A DNA stretch of 64,000 nucleotides, taken from Chiloscyllium plagiosum (lineage: Eukaryota). Position 1 is the stretch's first letter, and every line of letters starts with the position of its first letter. A model generated the notes under the pieces. The model was given only the letters and a program-made list of their open reading frames with translations. It was not told the origin of the DNA and ran no database searches. The translations under genes were made by a program, and so were the position numbers. The DNA lies in the NCBI RefSeq assembly GCF_004010195.1, contig NC_057750.1, positions 18,390,542 to 18,454,541 of the forward strand, given 5' to 3'. Positions 34,739 to 47,249 of the stretch are shown piece after piece.

Positions 34739-37484
34739 TATAAGACCTTGATAGGCCATGACAGGGTGGATGCTGATAGGATGTTTCCCCTTGTGGGAGA
34801 CACTAGGACTAGGGTACACAGTTTTAAAACAAGGGGTTTCCCATTTAAATTGGTGATTAGAGGTTTCATTCACAAGTTTGTAAGTCTGTGGAATTGTCTT
34901 TTCCAGAGAGCAGAAGAGACAGGGTCATTGAATATATTCAAGATGAAGTAGATAGATCTTCAACATAAGGGAAAAGAAGAGGTCAAGGGTTATTGGGGAA
35001 TGCGGTAAGACAAGAAAGTGGAGTTGAGGCCACAAGCAGATCAACTCTAACCTTATCCACTGGTGAAGCAGTCCTACTTCTGTTCCTAATTCTTGTGTCC
35101 TTGCAACTGTTTCCAGTGTTTGGGACAGAAGTGCTAATAGTTTTTCTTCCTATTACTCTACATGTTAAATGGTTCCAAATTCTCCCACAGAAAGCTCCAA
35201 TAATTGGGAGTTCATTGTCCCATGCAGTCACTGCTGCGGGTGTAGCAAGCTCAGAGAATGAATATCTTTTACATTCTGTCTGTCTTTTTCATTGTTGTGT
35301 AAACTGCAATATTTATTTCCCAACCTTGGTCACCTTGTAACCATATATCTATAATGGAGATCTAAATAATTTTTCATCATTAATTCCTCTATTCTAGTGA
35401 ATTCTTCACATATTTCAATAAAGAGTCTCATGTTGACCTTGTTGGACAGATCTTGGCTAATGTGTTTGGAGATAACATAATAATCCAGGATGGTCTCTTC
35501 CAATGAAAGGTTTGATATAATTTCCATGCATTTTTGATTTTGTTGTTGAACCAGGGAAATCCTGTCTGATTTGCAGATTTTGACAATTATTGTGATGCAG
35601 CAGCCAGCTGCGTTCGCTGTGCTTCATAAATGAAGGGTTCATCCCCAAAGTTCCAAATCCAATTAGTCTCCCTATAACAGCAGATGCTGCAACTCCCATT
35701 TTTGTGTTGGTTTTCAAGAAAGGTTGAACGACAACTGCTACATCACAAGAGTATACTAATTCATGTATAATTGAAGTAAAGGATGTTTATTGTCTCCCCG
35801 TGTCATGGCCGCAAAAGACTTCTTGATAATCAGAATTATTCCCATAATGTCTCCAAGATTGGCTTCCAATAGTTTTAAGAGGATATTTTGTGATGGTAGA
35901 AATGAGAATAAAAATGTACTAAAGCTAGTCAAGAACATCAGCTGAAACTTCCTTGCCTGAATTCCATGTTTCCAGTGTATTTCTTGGGACTGGATTTTAT
36001 GGAGCTTGGCTATGGAGTATGATCTGAAGTTGTTTGGTTGCCAACTCCTGTCCCCATCTTTGACAAACACTTGATGGGTGGCCAATTAACGGTTGGGCAA
36101 CTGGCCGATTGAGATTGGAATGACTGGGTCAAAAGGGGCAGATCATGAAGTAGAAAATACTTCCCAGTTAAAGCCACCGATGGCAGGAACTATGGCAATT
36201 GGCCAATTTGGAGGCTGAAGTTGTCACAAGATTATTAAACCAATTGAACTATTGCTGCAGGTAACAGTTGATTTAAATGTGGAGGTTTACTGCCCATTTA
36301 GTGAATCAATCCAGATGCTATGCCAAGGAGGAAAGGACAACTAAATGCCCATCTCCCCTTTGGTTAGGTAGTTTTTAGGAAAAATGCTCAAATGCAATCT
36401 TTTAGTAGTCTCTGTTTCTCCATAATGGAGGAGGGAGTGGTGACGACCTAGGATAGCTTCATGGTTTGATGATGATCCCTTATGAGTCCCCCTCTAAGTT
36501 GGTGGGGAGGGATGTCCTTGTTGGAGGAGATCTCCCAGACAGGCCAAAGCAATCTGGAGAGAGGCAGGAGCAGAGATTGACAGCCATGGGATGAGAACCT
36601 GGCTGCTGTTCAGGGAAGAGCTGACTGACACCTTGAGATCTGCGAGGGTGAGTGTACAACTATTTTGGAGATCTAGATTGTGAGGGTATAAAGTGGATGG
36701 AATTTGGGCTTGTCTCCTTCAAATGCCCAAGTCTAGAAACTGACTTGATACAAACATACCACCTTACATAGCAACCAGGTTTTGGGTTTGTGGGAGATGA
36801 AACTCCTGTACCAGTTACTAGCAAGCAACATTGAGTAATGGTGGCCCTCAACAATGGCTACCTATTTGAAGATATGATTAGAACAAACTCGCAGCATCTT
36901 CATTACAATGTTCCTTTTCATTTGGAGGAAAAGAGGATACACGAAGTCCATTGTGATAAAGATGGATAAAGACTTATATGTATTTTACCTACATTTGAGT
37001 TAAATTTGGATTTTAAGTGGTGACAAATAGATTCTTCTGTATGTCTGAAGGATTTGATTATTGGCTTGAGTATTTCTGTATCTGTAGTGATTTTTTTAGT
37101 AAACAGTCTGTGAGAATTCGTTTTCAAAACAAATGGGTTTTATTTACCAAAGGAAGGCTTATGACCTAGCAAAGTATACAATTGTGCCTCAGCGTTTCTG
37201 TTAGAAATTTCTTGACTTACTTTTCAGTGAAACACCCAAAGCTTTGAGAAAGAGAGTTGTATTTTCAGTTTATGGCAGTTCAACATAAGTTTATTATGTG
37301 TAAAGTTGCTATTGAGAAAGGGAGAAGAAAATGAGACTGGATGCTAAATTGCCTTAATGTCGAGTTAGTGACAGCCCCAGCCTGGAAATGCTTTGACAAA
37401 ATACCGAAGAGGTTATTTGAAGCTGAGAAAATTTAAGCTCAGGTGTACGATAGCTCCAGAAAGAAGCCATAAGATATTTCAGAC

Positions 37485-38260
37485 TGGGGGCTGAATCTTA
37501 GCATTTTTTGACCAAGTGTAAATCATGCAGAATTGGTGGAACAATTCTCAATGTATTTTACCAGCCACTCTCATTGTTGTGTGAGCCCATTTCTGTCCCA
37601 TCTCATCATACGTTGTTCATGGAGGAAATCACCACTGAATGGGGGTTTTCCATATGACCTGCATTCCTTAAAGATGGAGGAATGCTGCCATCTGCAGGCC
37701 TTGCTGCTCAACTGTATATGGAGTCAGGACGGATGGCAAAGATAGGTCTGCTTCTCAGAGAGGGACCGAGAGATCCTTGTGAATGGAGAAGAGTCCTATA
37801 CCTGGTTGGCTGGCAGAAGTGGCCATCACACTATGGTTGAAATTGCCACCTAGTGCTATCTGTAGGATGAGGAGGACTGAGCAGCAGTGCAGGACCAAGT
37901 GCAATGCTCTTCTCTATTTTTGACTGCCTCACACTTACCCATGCAATTGCACCCACCTTCCACTCTGCTCATTCTCTGACAATGACATCTCTCTGATGGA
38001 TGCAACACCGTCTCATTATCTCTCTTCTTCTACAATTCTAATGTCAACATTGCCTCCTCGTTCCCTCTGAGCATTCCAACAACTTTCCCCTATGAACCGG
38101 CACTAATAGCTGTGTTCTGTTTTATGTCATAGTTGTAGAAGACATCCCATGACACAGCTCTGTGACGCTGCACATGATAGGGGTCAGTGGAGTTGGGGAG
38201 GTGGGGTTGGCTGCTGTTGGGCATCTATGTCTCACCCTCCTCCCTTAACTCTATATCTCT
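37485..38260 (+). mobile_element. PIF/Harbinger-like relic with Myb/SANT-like ORF fragment
   Basis: FSERDREILV...VEIA...RRTEQQCRTKCNAL (~37745-37910) resembles the Myb/SANT 'RT..QCRKK.NDL' motif. It is preceded by gggggctgaat, a candidate terminus. Confidence 0.5.
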
Positions 38261-38354
38261 GAGTGAGTATAATTGCTTATTGGACTGATTTACTGAGGGT
38301 CTGAAGTGTTTAGTTTAAATAGTTGAGAATTCCAGGGTTTTTGTTTTGTGACCT

Positions 38355-38760
38355 TTTAGATCAGAGTCACAGCACGGAAATAGGCCCTTCAGTCCAACCA
38401 GTCCATGCCAAACATAATCCCAAACTAAACTAGTACCACCTGCCTGCTTCTGGCCCATATCCCTCCAAACTTTTCCTATTCATGCATCCATCCAAATGTC
38501 TTTTAAATGTTGTAATTGTACCTGTGTTTACCACTTGCTCAGGAAGTTCATTCCACATGCAAACAGCCCTTGTGTAAAAAATTTGCCTTTTATGTCTTTT
38601 TTAAATCTCTCTCCTCTCACATAAAAAATGTTGAAACTCCCACTCTTAGGAAAAAGACAATTACCATCAACTCTATCTATACCCCTCATTATTTTATAAA
38701 CTTCTATCAGGTCACCTTTCAACCCCAGTGAGAAGAGTCCCAGCCAATTCAAATGCCATT
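38355..38760 (-). mobile_element. CR1 3' end
   Basis: Minus ORF LKGDLIEVYKIMRGIDRV...KGKFFTQ plus the 3' UTR. Confidence 0.85.
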
Positions 38761-39489
38761 CATAAGAATTGACTATCTGTGTCACAATGATGAGAGAAGA
38801 CCTGGGACATACATTGTTAAAACTTAACCGCTGCCTGAGGTCTAAGATGTGGTTCTAAGATTCACCCAATTTAGATGGACAAAAGGAGCAGCAGTGAGCA
38901 ATGCAGGGCACAGCACATTTCAGAATGATAGCCATGGTCATCTTCAGTTGACAGCTCAGACATTAATTGGAAGTAAATTTGTGACAACAGCTGAATGAAG
39001 TTCACTGAGAATATGGAGCTTGGACAGCATAATCTATATAAAGCCTTATCCTCAGTAGCACCAAGATGCCACAGGTACATAGCAACTGAAAAATTTAAAT
39101 AAAATGTCGGTTCCCAATAAGCTGGAGGAAAAAGAATGCCAGAGACTGTCAGAGTCATGCATGCATAAGTATGGTTGGTTACTAGAACTCAGCTCCCAGA
39201 AACCGCCAATGCAAGAGAGATTGTACGACATATGCTGAAAGTTGAAAGATTGCATGCCGATCACCATTCCTGGCTTCATGACTGTCTAGACGGGACAATG
39301 AGAACATTACTTAACACTTTTGGGAAAAGTAGCAATTAATGATCCTAAATTTTGGCAAAGTAAGAGAAGGGCCCTTATCTCTCCCCTATTGGCTCACTTT
39401 TACTCACCACGTGTTCTCTTTCTAGGGAATGGTGGTAAAGCATTTTTATGAGTAAAGGCATAGTGTTATCGCCAGACATTAATTCTTAC

Positions 39490-40940
39490 AATCAGGTATA
39501 GGCATTATCCGAAAAGTGACTGGCCTGGATGGAGTTCCCAGTCGTGAACTCAGATTTAATGTGAGCCAGCCGGCGGGCATATTTGCAGGCATCTTGAACC
39601 ACACCTTACTGTATTCTGAAGTCCCAATCTGCTTCAAGAAGACAACCATCATCCCAGTGCCAACGGAAAATCATGTGACTTCCATAATTATGAAGTACTT
39701 TAAGAGGTTAGTCATGGTTCATATCAACTTCAGCCTCCCAGGTTGCCTTTATCCTTTGCAACCATTGCAATAGACACATGGCAGACACCAACTCTCTGGC
39801 CCTATGCTCATCCCTGGAACATCTGGATAACAAAGGTACCTATGTCAGGCTCCTGCTTATTGACTATAGCTCTGCTTTCAATACCATAATTCCAAACCAA
39901 CTCATCTTCAAACTCAGAGATCTAAGTCTTGGCTCCCCCCTCTATAACTGAATCCTCATCTTCCTGACCAATAGACTACAATCAGTAAGAGCAGACGACA
40001 AGAACTCTTCCACTATAATCCTCAACACTGATGCCCCGGAAGGTTGTGCACTGAGCCCCTGCTGTATTCCTTAAACACTCATGAATGTGTGGTCAAATTC
40101 CGCCCCAACTCTATGTATAAGTTTGCTGACAACACTACTGTTGTAGGTTGGATCTCAAACAATGACTAGACAGAATACAGAAAAGAAATTAGCGGCATGG
40201 TGTAAAGATAACAATTTCCCCATCAGTATCAGCAAAATGAAGGTGCTCATTACTGACTTCAGAAAGTGGAGTGGATGGCACACCCCTGAATGCATCAACG
40301 ATGTGGAAATGGTCGATAGCATCAATGTCTGAGGAGTGATGATCACTAACAATCTGTCCTGGTCCACCTACATTGAAACGGTGGTCAAGAAAGTACAACA
40401 GCATCTCTACTTCCTTAGGAGGCTAAGCAAGTTCGGTATGTTGACAAAACCTCTTATCAATTTTTATAGATGCACAGAGAAAGCATCCTATCTCAACCAT
40501 CACAGCGTGGCATCTGCGCTTCCCAAGACTGCAAGGAACTACAGGGTCATGAACACAGCCCAGTCCATCACACAAATCAGCCTTCCATCCACTGATTCCA
40601 TCTATATTTCCTGTTGCCTTAGGAAAGCAACCAAAATAATCAAAGACCCCCTCCAACCTGATTATGCTCTCTTCCACCTTCTTCCATTGTATAGAAGATA
40701 TAAAAGTTTGAAGAAACAGATTCAAAAACAGCTTCTTCCCCATTGTTATCAGACTTTTGAACAAACCTCTCAAATGCTAATTCTGATCTCTTTCTCTGCA
40801 CCTTCTCTGCAGCTGTAACACTGTATTCTGCACTCTTGTTCTGCTACCTTGATGCATTTTGTATGGTATAATCTGCCTGTATTGCACACAAAACAGCACT
40901 TTTCACTATACCTTGGGAAATGTGACAACAATAAATGAAG
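39490..40940 (+). mobile_element. Rex1/Babar LINE (RT plus 3' UTR), degenerate
   Basis: VPICFKKTTIIPVP, YVRLLLIDYSSAFNTIIP, YKFADNTTVVG, KKVQQHLYFLRRL; ends tgtgacaacaataaa. Confidence 0.88.
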
Positions 40941-40954
40941 CTTAAAATTAGTTG

Positions 40955-41240
40955 ATTTTCTGGGGACCTAGGTTTGAACCCTGTCATACAGATGGTAGAA
41001 TTTGAATAAATCAATTTTAAAAATCTGGAATTAAGAATCTAATGAAACTATTGTTAATTGTTAGGAAAACCCATCTGGTTCACTAATGTCCTTTAGGGAA
41101 GAAACTGCTGACCTTATCTGATTTGGCCAAAGTATGATACTCTAGACCCACAGCAATTATGATTAACTTCAACTGCCTTCTGGGCAATAAAAATGCTGAC
41201 CTAGCCAGTATTACCCACATCCTGTGTATGAATAAAAAAG
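40955..41240 (+). mobile_element. tRNA-derived SINE (same family as 33576)
   Basis: aaaacccatctggttcactaatgtcctttagggaag core; tail cccacatcctgtgtatgaataaaaaa. Confidence 0.85.
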
Positions 41241-41619
41241 AAAATTTGGTCAAAGACTCCTGATACCAACGAGAGGATGACAGAAGGCTAATTCCAAACA
41301 TCTTGTGATCGATGTCAGGATTGAGTGCAGGAGTGCGATTGTTGCATTATCCCAGTCATTGTTTATCATCTGCCATGGCAACACATCTCTCACAGATAGT
41401 GAACACATTGTTTGGGACATTGACATTACAGTTCACAAATATATTCTCAAAAGATATTTCACGAGAATAATGTGCATTTTTACTTCTATTGTCTGTGCTG
41501 TAAGTTATGTCAGTGCATTTAATAAACTCAGTATCCAATTTGTGAAGAAAACCATGTTGTCAAAAATCTAAATAATGATAACTTTTTGTCAATGTGGATA
41601 TCACTTCAAAGGTGAAGAT

Positions 41620-42760
41620 AGTTCTTCAGAGATATGCTGCCCAAGTGAATCAAACATGCAGCATAGTATCCTAGGCTCAATCACCTTCACCTGCTTCATC
41701 AATGACTTTTAATGTTGATTTAAAGCAAAGGGCAGGTTTAGAGGAGACTTAAGGAAGATTTTGCTTCGTATAAAGGTGATGTGTATCTGGGACTTACTAT
41801 CTGAAAGAGTGGTAAAGGTAGGAACCATCACAATATTCAAGAAGTAATTAGGTGATCACTGATGCATGATATTGTACAGTGCTATGGACCAAACGTTGGA
41901 AAATGAGACTTGAGTAGATAAATGCTTGATGACCAATATAAACACAGTAGACTGATGGGTCTCTTTTCATGTTGCAAAATTCTTTACCCTTTCATCGATC
42001 ATAAGATCAGAAGTTCACTGATGATTGCACAATGTTCAGCATAATTGCCACACCTCAGATACTGAAGCAGTCTGTATCCTCATGCAACACAGCCTTGGCA
42101 ATATTCAGGTTTGGGCTGACAAATGACAAGTAACATTTGCACACATAAAGTGCCAGGTAATGACCATTTCCAACAAGAGAGAATCTAACCATTGCCTGTT
42201 GACATTCAATGTCAATGCCATTGCTGAATCATTCTGGGGTTATTGTTCGCCAGAAGTTGAACTAGCCATGCAAATACTGTAGCTACAAAAGCAGGACATA
42301 GGCTAGGAATCCTGCAGTAGCTAACTCAACATCAGTCATCCCAAGCTAATCCCCTAACGACAAAGCAAAAGTTAGGAATATCCTGGAATACTGTCCAATT
42401 TGCCTGGATGAGTGCAGCTCCAACAACAAGAAGCTTGATGCTATCCAGGACAAAGCATCCTGCTTGGTTGGCATCCCTATCCATTACATTGTAGTAGTAA
42501 TTCACTAAACCTCTACCATCTACAAAGACAAGGGCAGCAGCTGTATAGGAATACTACCACCCGCAAGATCTCTTTCAAGCCACTCACCATTATGACTTAG
42601 AAATGTATTGCCTTTCCTTCATTATCATGAGGGTCAGCATTAATAACAGTGTTGTGGGATGTCCCTACATCCCCAAGGACTGCAGTGGTTCAAGAAGGCA
42701 GTTCAACACCATCACTTCCATGCCAATTAGTGTTCCCACATTGCATGAGCAGCTATAAAA
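41620..42760 (+). mobile_element. CR1-like LINE RT C-terminus plus 3' UTR, interrupted by a CR1 3' fragment (~41710-41990)
   Basis: ILGSITFTCFIND, FTDDCTMF, tgggctgacaaatgacaagtaacatttgc and LEYCPICLD-like segments. Homologous to reverse copies at 12560 and 61040. Confidence 0.7.
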
Positions 42761-44214
42761 ATGGCAGGGAGAATGTAGAAAATTAATAGAGATGGCTGTT
42801 ACAGATACATGGCTACAGACAGACAATAACATAGTTAAACAATCACTTCTCTTTCTTGAAACGTGGTGGCTTTTTAGTGATTAATTCTTCCAGATATTCA
42901 TTATAATATGAATATTTATTGAACTCCCTTGAAAAGTAAGAACCATCAATCTGATTCTAGCTGAAGAATGGTTTGGAAAATGAGATTCTGAAATGACTGT
43001 TTTCACATTAATTTGTTCAGGAAGCAGGAAACCTTTGTTTGATGATGGAGTGTTATGGTGTAGGACTGAGTTTGTTTTATGACAATACTCTTCAAACATA
43101 ATTGTCAGAAACTTCAGTGATCAGCTATATATGTGCTCTCGGTATAAAACATAACTGAAAAACAGGGTAGATAATTCATTGAATGTAAGCTACCATTCTG
43201 GACACATCATGACCTATTAAGAAGCAGTGAGAAGGACTAATTCAGGCAATGTAAAGATGCTGTATTTAAAAATTGTTGGAATGTGGATGTTGCGAAGTTG
43301 GGTACAGTACTTGTAGATTGGGAGATAGGAAGTTCGAATTTGGTGTTTGTAAAGTGCTGGGGGTGGGGAAAGCCTTGCATGATCCCTTTAAAAGATCATG
43401 TGCTTTTTCTGTGCTTAGAGATTTGTGAGCAGCAGCTTGAAAGTTTGCAAGCACCCAAATTAAAACATTTGTATCGATCGGCCACACAGTATGCAAATCA
43501 AGCAGTAGGTTTTACTAAGACATTAGGCTTTTGAATTGAAGCAAGCAATTTGAACCAGGTACTTTGATACCAAAAAAGACTATTAAATTTAAGTCTGATG
43601 ATTTTGACAACATAGGACCAATCCTAATGTAAGAAATATTGATATGTCATCATGGGTGTAAAAGGAAGGGGGCAGTTGGACAAAGACCCCAGAGCTAGCT
43701 GCCAGAGCTAATGGCCCTCAGCTTTCAAAAAAAGAATTACTAGCTCTCGCAGCCTCCTCTATGATTTAGAGAAAGCACCATCTAAATAATAACGGTATCA
43801 ACAGCACAACTTGACAGAGAAGATACAGAACATTCCGGAAGACACGTAATCTGGCTATAATTTTGAGAGACTAAATTCTTTTTTTTAAAGATGCATAGAA
43901 CTTCAAACTATTGGAACAGCGTACCATTAGAGTCTTGCTTTATTCGGGAATAGTTATTAGTTTGAAGAATTTGATTCAGTTTGTTAATAGTTTAGTTAAT
44001 TTGTTCACTCTTAGAGTTAGATAAATAAATTGTTGCTTGTTGATTTTAAAGTGAATGTCAGGGATTTATTTTATTTAACCACTAGAAGAGCTGAAAGGCA
44101 GATTATGCCACTTTTCACAGTCCTTTCACAGATTATTGGGTGAGGTGCTCCTCTTTGGGTGCTTCAGTTTTAGTTCTCAGAGGGAGGTCATCCTCTACTT
44201 TGTGATAGTGAATA

Positions 44215-46892
44215 ATGAAGAAGTCATTACGACTGTAATTAGAAAGAATATTTCTGATGGATTGTCCAGTCAAATTATAAAGATAGAAATTAGATATAAG
44301 AAAGGGATGATCACCTTAATGGAATTGTACTATAGGCTCCCCAACATTCAGAGGGTAATTGAGGAGCAAATATACAGAGAGATGTCAGATATATGTAAGA
44401 ATAGTAGAGTTGTAATAGTAAGGGATTTTAATTTTCCAAACATTGACTGGGACTGCCATAGTGTTAAAGGGTTGATGGTGAAAAATTTATTAAATGTGTT
44501 CAAGAAAAAATTCTTCATCAATGTAAAAATGTACCTACGAGAGAAGGAGCAAAACTTGATCTTTTCTTGGGAAATAAGGTAGGGCAAGTGACTGAAGTGT
44601 TAGTAGGGGAACACTTTGGGACTAGTGATCATAATTCTATTAGTTTTTAAATAGTTATGGAAACCTTCCATAAAAGTTAAAGTGCTTAAATGGACTAAGG
44701 CAAATTTTAATGGTATGAGACAAGAACTTTTGAAAGTTGATTGTTGTAGACTGTTCATAGGTAAAGGAATATTTGAGAAATGTGAGGCTTTCAAAAGTGT
44801 GATAACTAGAGTTCAGAGGAATTATGTTCCTGTTAGAATGAAAGGTAAGGCTGGTAAGATTAGGGAACAATGAATGCATAAAGATATTGAAATTTTGTTC
44901 AAGAATCAGAAAGAATCATATATTAGATACAGACAACTGGGATCAGATGAATCGCTTGAAGAGTTGGGCATTCTTAAGAGGGAAATCAGGAAGGCAAACA
45001 TGGAAATATGAGATATCCTGGGCAGATAAGGTTAAGGATAATCCACAGACATTCTACAAATACATTAAGAGCAAAAGAGCAACTAAAGAGAGATATAGAA
45101 TAGAGCCCCTTAAAGATCAACAAGGTCATCTATGTGTTGAACCTCAGGATTTAGGAGCGATACTAAATAAATATTTCGCATCAGTTTTTACTGTGGAGAA
45201 AGTATTGGAGGCTAGAGAATTTGCAGCAATAAATATTGATGTTTTGAAAGTAGTTCACATTACAGAAGAAGAATTGTTGGAAAACGTAAAGGCAGATAAA
45301 TCTCTTGGGACTTGATCAAGTGTATCCCAGAACGTTGTATAAAGTTAGGGAAGAAACTGTGGGTCCCCTAGCAGAGATATTTGTGTCATAAATAACCACT
45401 GGTGAGGTGCGAAAGGCCTGGAAGGTGGCTACCATTGCACCTTTATTTAGGAAAGGCTAAAAAGAGAAACCTGCAAGTCTGACATCGGTGGTGGGTAAGT
45501 TGTTGGTGGTGATTCTGAAAGACAGGGTTTACATTAATTGGGGAGGCAATGACTGATTTGGGATAAAGAGCAAGGTTTTGTGTGAAGGAAATCATATCTC
45601 ACAAAATTAAATGAGTTTTTTGAGGAAGTAACCAAACAGATTTATGAGAGCAGAGCGTTAGACATCATTTACATGGATTTTAGTGAAGCCTTTGATAAGG
45701 TTCCACATGGTAAACTAATTAATAAAGTTAGGTCAAATGGGATTCAGGGTGAGCTTGCCAATTGGATACAAAATTGGCTTAATGGTAGAAGTCAGAGGGT
45801 GATGGTGGAGGGTTGTTTTTTGAACTAATGGTCTGTGACCATTGGTGTTCCATGGGGATTGGTACTGGGCCCACTTCTGTTTGTCATTTATATAAATGAT
45901 TTGGATGAGAATATAGGAGGCAATTTAAGTTTGTGGATGACACCAAAATTGTTGGTATTGTGCACAGTAAAGAAGATTATCTAAGAATACAAGGAGATCT
46001 TGATAAATTGAGCCAATGGCCTAAGGAGTGGCACATTGATATTAATAAATGTGAGGTATTGCATTTTGGTAAACAAACAAAGGTTGGACTTATACAATTG
46101 ATAGTAAGGTCATGGGTAGTGTTGTAGAACAGGAGTTCAGGTACATAATCCTTTGAAATTTGCATCATAGCTAGGGTGATTAAGAAAGCGTTTAGCATGC
46201 TTTCCTTGTTTGCTCAGACCATTGAGTATAGGGGTTGGGACACCATGTTGAGGTTATACAGGACGTTGGTGAGTTCTGTTCTGGAGTAATGTGTGAAGTT
46301 TTGGTCACCCTGCTGTTGGAAGGATATTGTTAAACTGGAGAGTGTTCAGAAAAGATTTACCGGGATGTTGCCAGGAATGGAGGGTTTGAATTATAAAAAC
46401 TGGTTGGAAATATTTCACTGCATCATAAGAGGTTAAAGAGTGGCCTTATAGAGGTTTATAAAATCACGAGTGGCATAGATAAGGTGCGTAGCAAGGGTCT
46501 TTTCCCTACAAAGGGGGAGTTCAAAACTAGGAGTCATATTTTTAAAGTGAGAGGAGGAAGGACACAAGCAATAAGTATTTTACAGAGAGATGGTTTGTGT
46601 GTGGAATGGACTGTTAGAGGAGGTGGTGGATGCATGTACAGTTACAACATTTTAAAGAAATTTGGATAAGTATACGAATAGGAAATGTTTGGAGGGATAT
46701 GGACTAAACACTGCCTTTATTCCTGATGAAGGGCTTTTGCCCGAAACGTCGATTTCAAAGCTCCTTGGATGCTGCCTGAACTGCTGTGCTCTTCCAGCAC
46801 CACTAATCCAGAATCTAGTTTAGCTTGGGAACATGGTCAGCATCGACCAATTGGACTGAAGGGTCAATTTTCACACTGTATGACTCTATGAC
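44215..46892 (+). mobile_element. Long CR1 ORF2 relic (endonuclease C-part, RT, 3' UTR)
   Basis: LYYRLPN...VVIVRDFNFPNIDW, SDHNSI, FYKYIKSKR, ILNKYFASVFT, DFSEAFDKVPH, VDDTKI, KCEVLHFG; tail tatgactctatg. Confidence 0.92.
46711..46816 (+). mobile_element. Solo PLE terminal repeat with hammerhead, inserted in the CR1 3' UTR
   Basis: CUGAUGA 46723-46729; gggc/gccc; GAAA 46743-46746; GUC 46748-46750. Nearly identical to 55-156. Confidence 0.88.
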
Positions 46893-47249
46893 CCATGGAG
46901 ACTGTTAGCCTTTCAACAGGAAATAGCTGTGAAAGTGGACAAAAGTATATATTCATCTTGTTAAGTTGTCATTGTTAATTAAGAAAGGAAGTGTAGATCT
47001 CGAGCTTCCCTGAATGACAATTATAATGGTCTCAACTAGGCTCAAGATACCATTCTAGAAGAGAAATTAAGTAATGACTAACTGATCAGCTTGACAAACC
47101 TAGGGTTTAAAACCAATATTGCTCAGAAGCAAGTTGGGAACAGTGTATAATTTAGGAGTTTGCAAGATGCTCAATACACATCTCCATCAAGGTCAAGAGA
47201 AGACAGGAGGTGGGTTTCAGTCAAGAGATTGAGGACTAATGTTTGACGT

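Larger units (their letters stand above)
31700..35100 (+). mobile_element. Old CR1 LINE broken by three younger insertions
   Basis: CR1 segments at ~31700-32341, 33452-33575, 33850-34535 and 34739-35100 are in collinear ORF2 to 3' UTR order. Confidence 0.7.

Noticed and set aside
35640..35830. Fanzor/TnpB RuvC-like motifs (VFCGHDTGR...LIGFG)
   Set aside because: Only superficial similarity to the DPG motif. Spacing is too short, and no RuvC-II Glu, zinc ribbon or RuvC-III was found.
43560..44210. Additional LTR-like blocks (also ~5600-6400, 18880-19500, 36900-37480)
   Set aside because: Composition suggests old solo LTRs, but I could not define both termini or a TSD, so they are not listed as features.
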